Positions 27,387 through 37,980 of a stretch of DNA of 55,365 bases are shown here, one piece after another. The DNA comes from Candidatus Faecimonas intestinavium (GTDB taxonomy: Bacteria > Bacillota_I > Bacilli_A > RF39 > UBA660): assembly GCA_018716045.1 (NCBI GenBank), contig DVKL01000005.1:1-55365 (forward strand). The letters are read 5' to 3'. Made by a program: the position numbers and the translations under genes. The notes under the pieces were generated by a model. The model made no database searches. It worked only from the letters and a program-made list of their open reading frames with translations, and was not told the DNA's origin. The stretch's first letter is position 1, and each line of letters begins with the position of its first letter.

Positions 27387-29549
27387 TTAAAAATGACTAG
27401 GATTAAAGTCTATATCCACTCTAAGTTTATGATTGCTTTTATAATGATTCTGAACCTTTATCAAAATATCATATAAAGCTTCTTCTCTTTTATATTTTAA
27501 AATAATACCATACCGGTAAATATTATTAACTTTAAATACTGCTAAGGTCGTTGGTCCAAGTATTGTAGTGTGGCCTAAATTACGTTCTAATGAACGCTTT
27601 ATTTTTAAAGCTTCTTGAAATAAATAATCAGCCTCTTTTCCACTAATTTTCAAATAACATAAGAAATAAAATGGTGGATATCCTAATCTCCTACGAATCT
27701 TCATTTCTTCTCTATAAAAACCTAAATAATCATGTTCTTTTACAAAAGAAATAGCATAATGATCTGGGTTAAATGTTTGAATATAAACTTTACCAGTCTT
27801 TTGACTTCTACCACTTCTACCAGCAACTTGTGAAAGTAGTGAATAAGTATTTTCACTACTACGAAAATCAGGAATATTTAGACTAGTATCTGCATTAATA
27901 ACACCAACTAAAGTAACATCACTAAAATCCAAGCCTTTCGCAACAATCTGTGTACCAAGTAAAATATCATACTCATGGTTACGGAATGCATCTATCATTT
28001 TTTTATGAGCTCCTTTTCTACTAGTGGTGTCAACATCCATTCTAAGCACCCTAGCATTAGGTAATAACCCATGAAGCTCTTCCTCTATTTTTTCTGTACC
28101 AACGCCTAAATCAGATAGTGCTTCTTCGTTACAATTAGGACACACTTTAGGAAGTGGTGTAGCATATCCACAATAATGACATCGTAACATCCGATTACTT
28201 TTATGATAAGTCAATGTAATATCACAATTAGGACACTTTATAGTCTCACTACAATTTTTACACGTAACAAAAGTAGAAAAACCACGGCGATTTAAAAATA
28301 GAATAGCCTGCTCCCCACGATCAATACAAGAAGAAAGCTCACCTAATAAACGGTTAGTAATATGAGATATTCCGTTCTTAGCCTCTTTATTCATATCAAT
28401 AATTTCTACATTTGGTAAACTTTTTCCATTTACTCTCTCCTTGAGTACAAGAAGTTGATAAACTCCTTTTTCTGCTCTAGCCATAGACTCTAAAGAAGGG
28501 GTAGCACTGCCCAATAAGACGGGGCAAGAATGATACTTTGCTCTCCAAATAGCAACATCTCTAGCATGATATCTAGGACTTTTATCTCCTTGCTTATAAG
28601 AATCACTATGTTCTTCATCCATAATAATAATCCCTATATTTTTTAGTGGTGCAAAAATAGCACTACGAGCACCAATAACAATGGACGCCTCCCCTCTAGC
28701 AATTCTTCGCCATTCGTCATATTTTTCACCTTCAGATAATGCCGAGTGTAAAGCAGCAATCTGATTCCCAAAACGATTAGAAAATTGTTCTACCATCTGA
28801 GGAGTCAGACTAATTTCTGGAACCAACATAATTGCTGTTTCTCCACGCTTTAAAACTTTTTCTATAATTTGCATATAAACTTCAGTTTTACCACTACCCG
28901 TTACACCAAAAAGTAAAAAAGGAACGTTTTGCTGGTTTTCCAAAACAGAATTAACCACTTTTTGTTGAGAAGGAGTTAAAACCTTTTTTTTATCTTTATT
29001 CACTTCATATTTTATTCGATAATCTTCCTTTTTAATCTCTGATAAAACTTTTTTCTCTATCAGAGTAGAAAGAGCAGAGCTAGAAATAGCTAACAGTTCT
29101 TTACGAGAAATAGTCTTTTTATCAGAAAACAACTTCAAAATCTTCTCTTGGGCAGATGAACTGGCCAAATAACTTTTATCTGTTAACTCATAAAATGTCT
29201 GATATTTTTTAGAAACTAAAACTCCTGCCTTAGCCTTCAAAGCTTTTGGTAACATCACTTGATAAGCACTAATCAATGTAGATAAGGTGGATTTCTGTAT
29301 CTGTTTTCCTAACAATAACAATTCATCATTTAATACGATGTCACGGTCAAGAATAGAATAAATCTCTTTTAAATCTCTATCACTATTATCTTTAATTTCT
29401 AATACAAAACCTTCTAAAGTTTGTCTACCGAAAGGTACTAAAACACGTATTCCAACTTTAATAGAACTTTCTAAATCATTGGGAACAATATAATCAAAAA
29501 TTTTATCTATATTTTGACTAGACAATTGTACTAAAACACCAACAACCAT
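27387..29549 (-). CDS. priA: Primosomal protein N'
   Basis: GVTGSGKTEVY, VPEISLTPQ, DEEH, two Cys clusters, QVAGRSGR. Confidence 0.97.
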   Translation of the reverse strand: MVVGVLVQLSSQNIDKIFDYIVPNDLESSIKVGIRVLVPFGRQTLEGFVLEIKDNSDRDLKEIYSILDRDIVLNDELLLLGKQIQKSTLSTLISAYQVMLPKALKAKAGVLVSKKYQTFYELTDKSYLASSSAQEKILKLFSDKKTISRKELLAISSSALSTLIEKKVLSEIKKEDYRIKYEVNKDKKKVLTPSQQKVVNSVLENQQNVPFLLFGVTGSGKTEVYMQIIEKVLKRGETAIMLVPEISLTPQMVEQFSNRFGNQIAALHSALSEGEKYDEWRRIARGEASIVIGARSAIFAPLKNIGIIIMDEEHSDSYKQGDKSPRYHARDVAIWRAKYHSCPVLLGSATPSLESMARAEKGVYQLLVLKERVNGKSLPNVEIIDMNKEAKNGISHITNRLLGELSSCIDRGEQAILFLNRRGFSTFVTCKNCSETIKCPNCDITLTYHKSNRMLRCHYCGYATPLPKVCPNCNEEALSDLGVGTEKIEEELHGLLPNARVLRMDVDTTSRKGAHKKMIDAFRNHEYDILLGTQIVAKGLDFSDVTLVGVINADTSLNIPDFRSSENTYSLLSQVAGRSGRSQKTGKVYIQTFNPDHYAISFVKEHDYLGFYREEMKIRRRLGYPPFYFLCYLKISGKEADYLFQEALKIKRSLERNLGHTTILGPTTLAVFKVNNIYRYGIILKYKREEALYDILIKVQNHYKSNHKLRVDIDFNPSHF

Positions 29550-29603
29550 GATATTACCTCCTTTTCTATATTATAGCACAAAATAAAAGGCCACTATGGT
29601 GAC

Positions 29604-29792
29604 CTAAATAATTTCTACATCGTCATTTTTCTTTTCATGAGAAATTTCATCAAATAAAACTTGAGGATCATCTACTAAATCCTTAATTGGACTATTGTTA
29701 TTTTTTACACTATTTTTCTCTTCAGAATATGCGATAAAAAACGCAATAAAAGCAATAACCAATAAACATATAATAATAATTACTGGATTCAT
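29604..29792 (-). CDS. Small membrane protein
   Basis: 62 aa, N-terminal TM, AGAGGGG RBS, GGTCAC/GTGGCC terminator at the 3' end. Confidence 0.65.
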   Translation of the reverse strand: MNPVIIIICLLVIAFIAFFIAYSEEKNSVKNNNSPIKDLVDDPQVLFDEISHEKKNDDVEII

Positions 29793-29808
29793 AGCATCCC
29801 CTCTTACT

Positions 29809-30861
29809 CTAGAACAATCTTAAAATATCATTAAATGTAATTACAATCATCAATAACATTAATAAAAATAAACCTATAGTATGAATCATATTTTCAGTTT
29901 CCGGTTTTACTGGAGAACCTTTGATTTTTTCAATAACAATAAATAAAATATGCCCTCCATCAAAAGCTGGTAGCGGAAGTAAATTAATAAACCCCACATT
30001 GATACTCAAGAAAGCAATTAAATAAATAATATTCATCGCTCCTGCAGAACTTTGATCACCAACTATAGAAAATATTCCAACTGGTCCGCTAAGTTGTGAA
30101 AGACTAATACCACCAGTAAATAGATACCCAACAGTAACTGCCATCTGTTTAAAAATAGAAATAGTTTTTTTACCAGTAAAAGATAATGCTGGAAGTATTC
30201 CTTTTTCTACTTCTTGTTGCATACCAATACCATATTGATATGTCGTCTCACCATCTACCTTTTTCTTTTTGGGCTGTACAGAATAAGTTTCAACTTTTTT
30301 ATTTTCTTTTTCTACTTTAATATCACTAGCCTCTTCAGGATTGGCAACTGCTAAATACAAACTAATATCATCAGTAGTAGAAATAGAATGACCATTAATC
30401 TCTAAAATACGATCTCCTGCTTCGATTCCAGAAGTGGCTGCTGCTGAATTCTTAAGAACAGAAGTAACGACAGGTTCCATGGAACTGCCTCCCCAAATAA
30501 GACCAATCAAAAAGAGTAATAAAATAGCACAAATAAAATTATTCCCCGCTCCAAAAAACATAATCAAGAATCTTTGCCATGGCTTTTTAGCTTGCAATCT
30601 TTTATTTTTAGGAACTTTCTTTAAATCATCATCTTCTACATCTTCTCCAGCCATCATACAAAATCCACCAATAGGAATAGCTCTTAAAGTATATTCAGTT
30701 TCCTTACCTTTTTTACACCATATCTTAGGTCCCATTCCTATAGCAAACTCATAAACATACACCCCATTAAGCTTTGCCATCATAAAATGACCAAACTCAT
30801 GAACAAAAACAATAATACCTAAAATTAAAACAAATAATATTAAAGTAATAATAAAATTCAT
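29809..30861 (-). CDS. rseP: RIP metalloprotease RseP/RasP
   Basis: HEFGH, PDZ domain, NLLPLPAFDGG. Confidence 0.95.
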   Translation of the reverse strand: MNFIITLILFVLILGIIVFVHEFGHFMMAKLNGVYVYEFAIGMGPKIWCKKGKETEYTLRAIPIGGFCMMAGEDVEDDDLKKVPKNKRLQAKKPWQRFLIMFFGAGNNFICAILLLFLIGLIWGGSSMEPVVTSVLKNSAAATSGIEAGDRILEINGHSISTTDDISLYLAVANPEEASDIKVEKENKKVETYSVQPKKKKVDGETTYQYGIGMQQEVEKGILPALSFTGKKTISIFKQMAVTVGYLFTGGISLSQLSGPVGIFSIVGDQSSAGAMNIIYLIAFLSINVGFINLLPLPAFDGGHILFIVIEKIKGSPVKPETENMIHTIGLFLLMLLMIVITFNDILRLF

Positions 30862-30872
30862 TGGTTGCCTCC

Positions 30873-31673
30873 TTATAGTACACTAGAAAAAATAATAAAA
30901 GCTAAAACAACAAAAATCAAACTATCGAATCTATCTAAAATACCCCCATGTTCTGGAATTAAATTAGAAAAATCTTTTTTATCATAATATCTCTTAATTG
31001 ATGAAAATACCAAATCGCCTAACTGTCCAACTAAAGATAAAATTATTGTTACAACAATAACAAAAGCCAAAGACATAGATGGATTAATAACAGTAATGTA
31101 AAATGCCGTTGCAACAAAGGTTCCAACAAAAACTCCACCAACTAAACCCTCAATTGTTTTCTTCGGAGATACAGTAGGACATAATTTATGTTTTCCAACA
31201 AGCATACCAGTAAACAATGCAAAAGTATCAGTAATTGTCGTAATAAGTAATAAGTAAATAATATACATAATATCATAATTACGGCAAATAATAAGTAAAT
31301 TAAAACTCAATCCAATAAACAATACAGAGCCTATCAAAAACAAAGCATCATTTAAATTATATTTCTTAAAGTCATGAATAAATACCATAGGAGATAAGAA
31401 TGCAAAAATCATAAATGCTACAACTCTATAATCCATAGTATAAATAAAATCAATAGATTTAAAATGGGATAGTGAAAAGAAAACTACCATAACATAAGCA
31501 AATACTTTCATTAAGAATGGAAATTCTTTTTTGCTCTCACGAATATGAATCAATTCATATAATCCCATAATAGCAAGTAAAGACATAAAAATAGCAAATA
31601 CTTTTCCACCAATAATTAATAACGGAACAAAAATAGCTATAATCAAAATAGCACTTAATATTCTTTTTTTCAT
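30873..31673 (-). CDS. cdsA: Phosphatidate cytidylyltransferase
   Basis: SPKKTIEG, GDLVFS.IKR...KKD.S.LIP.HGGILDRFDS. Confidence 0.95.
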   Translation of the reverse strand: MKKRILSAILIIAIFVPLLIIGGKVFAIFMSLLAIMGLYELIHIRESKKEFPFLMKVFAYVMVVFFSLSHFKSIDFIYTMDYRVVAFMIFAFLSPMVFIHDFKKYNLNDALFLIGSVLFIGLSFNLLIICRNYDIMYIIYLLLITTITDTFALFTGMLVGKHKLCPTVSPKKTIEGLVGGVFVGTFVATAFYITVINPSMSLAFVIVVTIILSLVGQLGDLVFSSIKRYYDKKDFSNLIPEHGGILDRFDSLIFVVLAFIIFSSVL

Positions 31674-32383
31674 GACGCATTACCTCCAAATCTACGATTT
31701 CTTTTATTAAATTCTACGATTGCATCCTTAAAATCATTCGTTGTAAAATCTGGAAAATAAGTTTTAGGAAAATAAAACTCCGCATAACTAGCTTGATATA
31801 ACATAAAGTTACTAAGTCTAAGCTCACCACTAGTACGAATAACATAATCTAACGGTGGTAAATTCTGATATAAATTATCATGCAAAGTATCCAATGTAAT
31901 ATCTTCAATGGCCAATTTACCATCAACAACTTGCTGGGCAATTTTTTTAGTCATATCTAACATTTCAGTCTGACCACCATAATTAAGACAAAAATTAACA
32001 ACTGCTTCTGTATTATTTTTAGACTCTTCAACAATTCTATCCATAGCATCTAATACTTTAGGTGGAAGAGGTTCCCGTCTTCCGGAAAAAACAACTCTAA
32101 TTCCATTCTTCATAAGATCCTGAAATTCATCTTTATAAAGTCTAACAAATAAATTCATTAAATAATCAACTTCTTTTTTTTCACGTTTAAAATTTTCTGT
32201 AGAAAAAACATAAAGAGATAAATATTTTAGTCCCATTTCTTTAGCATAAATACAAATTTCCTTTAAACGATGAAAACCAGCCTTATGACCTTCACTTCTA
32301 GACAGTCCCCTTTGTTGAGCCCATCTACCATTGCCATCAACAATAATTCCTACATGTGTAGGGATAATTAATTCTTCATTCAT
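31670..32383 (-). CDS. uppS: Undecaprenyl diphosphate synthase
   Basis: HVGII.DGNGRWA, FSTENFKR, IRTSGE.RLSNF. Confidence 0.96.
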   Translation of the reverse strand: MNEELIIPTHVGIIVDGNGRWAQQRGLSRSEGHKAGFHRLKEICIYAKEMGLKYLSLYVFSTENFKREKKEVDYLMNLFVRLYKDEFQDLMKNGIRVVFSGRREPLPPKVLDAMDRIVEESKNNTEAVVNFCLNYGGQTEMLDMTKKIAQQVVDGKLAIEDITLDTLHDNLYQNLPPLDYVIRTSGELRLSNFMLYQASYAEFYFPKTYFPDFTTNDFKDAIVEFNKRNRRFGGNAS

Positions 32384-32445
32384 TATTCTTCTACCTCAAA
32401 ATTATTATATAACAAGAAGAAAGAAAAAGAAAGCAAAAATGCTTT

Positions 32446-32694
32446 CTAAAACTTATCAATATCAATTTTTATATACTTGTTATCCTTCAAAGCACTGCTT
32501 GCTTGAACTAAGGTACGAATGGCATTAGCGCATCTTCCACCTTTACCAATAACACGTCCCATGTCATCCTCTGCAACAATAACTTGAATTAACATAACAT
32601 TATCTTCTTCGGTAGGAAATTCTTTTACACTAACAGCATCAACATCTACTACTAATGATTTAACAATTTCCTCTGTTAACTGAACTAAATCCAT
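32446..32694 (-). CDS. khpA: KH-domain RNA-binding protein
   Basis: DDMGRVIGKGGR.ANAIRT; follows rpsP. Confidence 0.92.
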   Translation of the reverse strand: MDLVQLTEEIVKSLVVDVDAVSVKEFPTEEDNVMLIQVIVAEDDMGRVIGKGGRCANAIRTLVQASSALKDNKYIKIDIDKF

Positions 32695-32696
32695 AA

Positions 32697-32972
32697 TTAC
32701 TTATCCTTCTTTTCTTTAGATTCAGTAAATTTCTTCATAATACCAGCTTTAGAAAATAAATTCTTAACTGTATCAGTAGGAACAGCTCCATTATTAAGCC
32801 ATTTTAAAGCTACTTCTTCATTGATATTAACTTTAGCTTCTCCAACAGGTGCATAAGTACCGATTAATTCGATATATTGACCATCTCTAGGACGTCTAGA
32901 GTCAGTAGCAACGATTCTATAAGTAGGTTTCTTTTTAGCACCCATTCTTGTTAATCTAATTTTAACTGCCAT
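32697..32972 (-). CDS. rpsP: 30S ribosomal protein S16
   Basis: [27 protein letters not shown]. Confidence 0.98.
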   Translation of the reverse strand: MAVKIRLTRMGAKKKPTYRIVATDSRRPRDGQYIELIGTYAPVGEAKVNINEEVALKWLNNGAVPTDTVKNLFSKAGIMKKFTESKEKKDK

Positions 32973-33002
32973 ATTATCCCTCCGTTTCTTAAATACAGAT
33001 AT

Positions 33003-33031
33003 AGTATAATAAAAAAAAAGACTGCTGTCAA
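33003..33031 (-). promoter_or_regulatory. sigmaA promoter of rpsP-khpA
   Basis: TTGACA-17 nt-TATACT. Confidence 0.8.
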
Positions 33032-33125
33032 CCTTTTTTTGATAACAGATAAAATTTTACTATAAATAATGAATAAAAATAAAAACAAAAACAATAAAAA
33101 ATAGCACTGAAAAGTGCTAAATAAA

Positions 33126-33656
33126 CTAAATTGGATTATCTTGAATAAAGTCATCACTTAACTCTTCATCAAGTGTATCATTCGAAGTTTCATCAACAAT
33201 TTCGTCCCATGGGTCTTCTTCCTCATTTGCTTCAATCTTTACCTTAACATCCCCAACTAATTCTATACCAAGTTCTTTTTCAATAGTATAGTGTATTTCA
33301 TGATTATTAATAGTAATATCAGAACAAGTAGGTTGCTTTAAACTCCTAACAATGATTTGTTCACCAGTAACATCTTCATCTCGATTACGCATATGTACCA
33401 TTTCACGATAAGTTTGCGTCTCTTTAATAACATCTGTCTTAGTATCACCATCATAAGAGTACCAAATATTAACATCATAACTACCAGAAATAATAATTTG
33501 ATCTCCTTGTTTTTCCCCATGGAAATTATGATTAATAACCCAACAACCTAAAATTGTAGATGCTTCTTCTTTTAGTGGTACAACATGATCTGTAGTAAAT
33601 AACTTTTTACCCTTACCGATAACCGCCTTTGTAACAATTTCTTTATAACTAGACAT
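33126..33656 (-). CDS. cotE: Outer spore coat morphogenetic protein CotE
   Basis: Y.EI.TKAV..KG.K, S.ILGCW.INH, G.YD.N.WYSY, acidic tail; synteny with miaB-ricA. Confidence 0.9.
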   Translation of the reverse strand: MSSYKEIVTKAVIGKGKKLFTTDHVVPLKEEASTILGCWVINHNFHGEKQGDQIIISGSYDVNIWYSYDGDTKTDVIKETQTYREMVHMRNRDEDVTGEQIIVRSLKQPTCSDITINNHEIHYTIEKELGIELVGDVKVKIEANEEEDPWDEIVDETSNDTLDEELSDDFIQDNPI

Positions 33657-33674
33657 ATCTACCCCTCCTAACTT

Positions 33675-33703
33675 AATGTATGCAAGAACTAATATATGTT
33701 TGA
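33675..33703 (-). promoter_or_regulatory. sigmaE-like (mother-cell) promoter of cotE
   Basis: TCAAACA-14 nt-CATACATT. Confidence 0.55.
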
Positions 33704-33755
33704 CTAATATTTTGTTTTTTAAAAAATTATGTTACACTATTACAGGAGGTAAAAT

Positions 33756-34391
33756 ATGGCATCAGCAGTAATTCATTTAGCAGTAGCAAAAGTACTAGAA
33801 CCTTATTTTGACATAAAAAATAGAAAAGACTACTATCTAGGCTCAATTGCTCCTGATATTGCAAAACAGATAGGAAGAACAAAACAAGAATCACATTTTC
33901 TATATAACGAGAAAGAAGATGTACCAAATATAAAAATGTTTACAGATAAATATCCCCTATTTTATAAAAAAGATTTTGATTTAGGGTATTATATACATTT
34001 ATTTACAGATAAATTATGGTTTGACAAATTTTTAAATACTTTAGTACAAAGTAATTCTATTCGTTTAATAGATGGAACGATTGTAAACATAGATCCGGAC
34101 GAATTATCAAAATTAATTTATTCAGACTATACCAATCTAAATGTTAAAGTAATAGAAGAATATAATATGGATTTATCACTTTTTTATGAAGAATTTGAAA
34201 AACCAGAAACTACAATCAATGAAGTTCCTATAGAAAAGTTAAATATATTAATAGACAAAATGGGAATTATAATTGAAAACTCTACAAATGAAAAAAATTA
34301 TATTTTTGATATATATTTAATAAAAGAATTTATTGAAACAACAAAAGAAAGAATATTAAAAGAAATAAAAGACTATGAACAAAATTCATAG
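33756..34391 (+). CDS. Zinc-dependent phospholipase C-like metal hydrolase
   Basis: IHLAVA, GSIAPD, SHF, GYYIHLFTD..W motifs. Confidence 0.75.
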   Translation: MASAVIHLAVAKVLEPYFDIKNRKDYYLGSIAPDIAKQIGRTKQESHFLYNEKEDVPNIKMFTDKYPLFYKKDFDLGYYIHLFTDKLWFDKFLNTLVQSNSIRLIDGTIVNIDPDELSKLIYSDYTNLNVKVIEEYNMDLSLFYEEFEKPETTINEVPIEKLNILIDKMGIIIENSTNEKNYIFDIYLIKEFIETTKERILKEIKDYEQNS

Positions 34392-34397
34392 TCTTTT
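34367..34397. terminator. Bidirectional terminator between convergent genes
   Basis: AAAAGACTATGAA-CAAAA-TTCATAGTCTTTT. Confidence 0.75.
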
Positions 34398-34716
34398 AAT
34401 TAAATAATTGATAAAAATAATCGTTTAAGTCATCTTCGACATAAGAAATCATCTGATTTACTTTTTCTAAATGTTCTATATAAGTAACATAAATCGGTAT
34501 TTCATACAATTTATTCTCTACTTCTTCTAATTTTTCTTTATCTTGATAGCCATTCTTAACATATTCTTTTTGAAGAGTTTTTAATGTATCAACCAACTGC
34601 ATTAGCTCTGCATTTTTTTTCATCTTTTCTTTTAACTTAATACACTCTTGATAATCTTCGCTTTCTTTAATAACAGTAATAACTTCTTCTAGCTTTTTAT
34701 TCAACAGCTTCACCAT
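34396..34716 (-). CDS. YlbF/YmcA (RicA-like) regulator
   Basis: Helical about 105-aa protein (IKES..Y, LQK..V, IP....Y......VN) directly after miaB, as in the Bacillus miaB-ricA-cotE order. Confidence 0.75.
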   Translation of the reverse strand: MVKLLNKKLEEVITVIKESEDYQECIKLKEKMKKNAELMQLVDTLKTLQKEYVKNGYQDKEKLEEVENKLYEIPIYVTYIEHLEKVNQMISYVEDDLNDYFYQLFN

Positions 34717-36112
34717 CCAAACTCCACGTTTTAGCATCATTTATCTTAACCATAACTAAATCTCCAGGAGTAAGTTCTTTTTCACTAGAAAAATTAATTA
34801 ATTTATTAGTATCACTATATCCATAATACATATGTTTCTTATCAGAAATACCTTCTACTAAAACTTCTACTTCACGACCTTCAAGTTTTTTATTATTTTC
34901 TAAAAAGTAATGATTAACTACTTCATTTAATCGTTGAAGACGTTCTTCTTTTTCTTTTTGAGAAACTGGGTCGGCTAATCTACAAGCAGGTGTTCCTTCT
35001 CTTTTAGAAAAGATAAAGGTAAAAGCATTATCATACTGGCATTCACGAACTAAATCTAAAGTCTCTAAGAAATCTTCTTCAGTCTCACCTGGAAAACCTA
35101 CAATAATATCTGTAGAAATAGTAACACCAGGAACTCTATCCTTAATTTTATGAAATAACTCTAAATAACTTTCTTTAGTATATCTACGTCCCATAAGTTT
35201 TAAAATACGACTAGAACCGCTTTGTACTGGCAAATGAACACTAGGCATAATATTAGGATATTTCGCAATAACATCAATCATCTCATCTGTAAAATCCCAT
35301 GGATGAGAAGTAGTAAAACGAATTCTAGGAATTCCCATATGTGCAACATCTTCTAATAAATTAGCCATAGTATAGTCATCATATAAATCTTTACCATAAG
35401 CATTAACATTTTGACCAAGTAAAGTTACTTCCTTATATCCATCATCTACTAATTTTTGGACTTCTGCTAAGACATCTTCTTTCAAACGGCTTCTCTCACG
35501 TCCTCTTGTATAAGGAACAATACAATAAGTACAGAATTTATTACAACCATAAATGATATTAACATATGCTTTATAATCGTTAACACGAAGTACAGGTAAT
35601 CCCTCAATCAAATCCCCTTCTCTAGAAAAAACCTCAATTTGTTGCTGATTCTCTTCAATTGCCTTATCTATAATTTCAGGTAATTGATACATATTATGAG
35701 TACCAAAAACAAAGTTAACCCATTTATAATCTTTAAGAATAGTCTCAACAACACTTGCTTCCTGTGCCATACAACCACATAATCCAACGATTAAATCTTT
35801 CTTCTCTTGCTTTAAATGTTTAAGTCTACCAAGCATTCCAAATGCTTTATTATGGGCATTTTCACGAATAGAACAAGTATTTAACAATACTAAATCAGCA
35901 TCCATATAATCATCGACTTTAGAAAATCCTAAAAAAGTAAGTAATGCTTCTATATTCTCACTATCATGCTCATTCATCTGACATCCATAAGTCTTTAAAT
36001 AAAATGTTTTTCCTTGATATTTATTTTTAACTTTATCATCTTCCTGAAATACCACTCTTTGGTACGGTCTAATATCTCTTTTTCTAGCCTCTTTATAATC
36101 AGGTAAATGCAT
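34697..36112 (-). CDS. miaB: tRNA ms2i6A37 methylthiotransferase
   Basis: TYGCQMNEHDSE, NTCSIRE, GCNKFCTYCIVP, HLPVQSG, TRAM domain. Confidence 0.97.
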   Translation of the reverse strand: MHLPDYKEARKRDIRPYQRVVFQEDDKVKNKYQGKTFYLKTYGCQMNEHDSENIEALLTFLGFSKVDDYMDADLVLLNTCSIRENAHNKAFGMLGRLKHLKQEKKDLIVGLCGCMAQEASVVETILKDYKWVNFVFGTHNMYQLPEIIDKAIEENQQQIEVFSREGDLIEGLPVLRVNDYKAYVNIIYGCNKFCTYCIVPYTRGRERSRLKEDVLAEVQKLVDDGYKEVTLLGQNVNAYGKDLYDDYTMANLLEDVAHMGIPRIRFTTSHPWDFTDEMIDVIAKYPNIMPSVHLPVQSGSSRILKLMGRRYTKESYLELFHKIKDRVPGVTISTDIIVGFPGETEEDFLETLDLVRECQYDNAFTFIFSKREGTPACRLADPVSQKEKEERLQRLNEVVNHYFLENNKKLEGREVEVLVEGISDKKHMYYGYSDTNKLINFSSEKELTPGDLVMVKINDAKTWSLDGEAVE

Positions 36113-36181
36113 AATACCACCTCACAAGTCACCAAAAATTATAACACAAAAATAAAAAACAAAAAAGAGGAAATATTCCTC

Positions 36182-36877
36182 TTATATCACACTTTCTCTT
36201 AATGAAGTATTAATCATTTGATCTAATAAAGAAAATTTACCTCTCATTAAATCATATTTAATAACTTCCATATTTTCGACAATTTTATCTAACAATTCAC
36301 TCATACTAGGAACCAAACCATCTTTTTTCTCTAAACTATCAACAATATTTTCTAAATTTGTTAATTTAGAGTACTTACCATAATAATTATTTTTAATACA
36401 CAATTGATATAATTGTTTAAATGACAATACATCAATATTATTAAACCGCTTTTCTTCTAATATTTTTAATGCTTGAAAAGCACTTTGATTATGAATAGCT
36501 AAATCTAAAACAGTCTCACCATTCTTATTCTTAATATTTAATAAATATCTTTTACTTTTAGTAAGATGTTCTAAAACCTTTAAAGCAGAAACTGATGTAT
36601 CTTTTACAAGTAAATGACCAATGGTATTTCCATCTAAATTTTGATGATTTAAATTCCAACTACGTTTACGAATAAACTTTAAAACCAAGTCATATTGTTT
36701 TGCTTTAAGTAAACGAGCAACAACGTCATTACCAGCAACATCTACTGTATTAATATCTACTTTGTTTTTAGAAATAAGTTCATCTACTAAATGATAGTAC
36801 CCTTCCTTAATTAATTCGAAAATCAGGGACGGTTCCTCTTCGCAAGCACGTAATGCTTGTTTCTCATCATAAAACAT
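36182..36877 (-). CDS. Ankyrin-repeat-like protein
   Basis: DINTVDVAGN, NLNHQNLDGNTIGHLL, NIKNKNGETVLDLA repeats; start MFYDE after AGAGGTG. Confidence 0.75.
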   Translation of the reverse strand: MFYDEKQALRACEEEPSLIFELIKEGYYHLVDELISKNKVDINTVDVAGNDVVARLLKAKQYDLVLKFIRKRSWNLNHQNLDGNTIGHLLVKDTSVSALKVLEHLTKSKRYLLNIKNKNGETVLDLAIHNQSAFQALKILEEKRFNNIDVLSFKQLYQLCIKNNYYGKYSKLTNLENIVDSLEKKDGLVPSMSELLDKIVENMEVIKYDLMRGKFSLLDQMINTSLRESVI

Positions 36878-36911
36878 GTATAACACCTCTCTGTTTATGT
36901 GACAGTTATAT

Positions 36912-36940
36912 ATTTTACCAGAAGAATCTATTTTTGTCAA
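36912..36940 (-). promoter_or_regulatory. Strong sigmaA promoter of the ankyrin gene
   Basis: TTGACA-17 nt-TAAAAT with an extended TG. Confidence 0.8.
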
Positions 36941-37047
36941 ATTATCATTCCTTTTCACCACACTATTAGTATGGAATAAAAGAAAAAAATTATGCGGATT
37001 TATTAGAAAGTGATATAATAAATTCAATTTAAGAAATGAGGAGTATT

Positions 37048-37968
37048 ATGAAAGAATATATAGACCTAGACGAAGTATTAAAATCTATCATTCAATATTC
37101 TAGCAATATAAGTGTTTTATATCAAAATGCAGCTACAGCCAAAATAAATGAAGAGGAAGAAGAATATCAAACACAACTAGACTATATTGCTTTAGCAGAA
37201 GAATACGAAGAAAAAGAATATCAAAAAATAGACTTTGAAAATAACCTAAATGAAAGATTATATAGAAGATTTTCCTATTTATTAAGACACAGTGATACCC
37301 CTCAAGAAATACACAACGTAATATATCAAAGATTTCAAAATCATATTAATGAACTATTAATTAGAAATCCTTTTTTATCAAGAAATCCATTTCTCTTAGA
37401 AAGAAAAGAAGAAAATGATGCATCAATTATATGGCAAGCAATGAGAGACTACTCTATCACAGCCCTATATTTTATGAATAAAGATATAAATATCATAAAA
37501 AATGAAGCCGTAAGACAAGATCTAATAGATTTTTACTATGAATTTATCTTTAAACAAAAAATATTAAATCAATATCTGAAAACCCCTCCCCAAGAAATAG
37601 AAATTACAGGAAGAAATCGCTGCCTAGTGTTTAGACAAAATGAAAAACAAGTAAATGAATGTTATAACGGAATAATTATGGAAGCATTAAATACAAGTAT
37701 ACCAATAATACTAAGCTATACAGATAATCTTATAATAAATTATCCCGATCAATTAGCAGAACACAGAATGCTTTTAAATCTATTAAAAGCGGCAATTGCA
37801 ATCGCAACAGATGAAGATAAAAAGGGAGTACGTATAAACTATCCAGAAATAGCAAAAGAAAAATCAAAAATTAGCATATACAAAATAAACAGTGCAATCG
37901 AAGAAGCAAATTTAACTGTTCAGGATAAAATAGCACAAAAAAAGAAGTCTATGGACAAGCCAAATTAG
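37048..37968 (+). CDS. Orphan helical hypothetical protein
   Basis: About 306-aa ORF with GAGGAG RBS, divergent from the ankyrin gene. Confidence 0.7.
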   Translation: MKEYIDLDEVLKSIIQYSSNISVLYQNAATAKINEEEEEYQTQLDYIALAEEYEEKEYQKIDFENNLNERLYRRFSYLLRHSDTPQEIHNVIYQRFQNHINELLIRNPFLSRNPFLLERKEENDASIIWQAMRDYSITALYFMNKDINIIKNEAVRQDLIDFYYEFIFKQKILNQYLKTPPQEIEITGRNRCLVFRQNEKQVNECYNGIIMEALNTSIPIILSYTDNLIINYPDQLAEHRMLLNLLKAAIAIATDEDKKGVRINYPEIAKEKSKISIYKINSAIEEANLTVQDKIAQKKKSMDKPN

Positions 37969-37977
37969 ACTTCTTTT
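37940..37977. terminator. Bidirectional terminator between convergent genes
   Basis: AAAAGAAGTCTA ... TAGACTTCTTTT arms. Confidence 0.6.
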
Positions 37978-37980
37978 GTT

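Noticed and set aside
29809-32383. Absence of dxr between cdsA and rseP as a novelty
   Set aside because: Common in Firmicutes lacking the MEP pathway; the gene could also lie elsewhere
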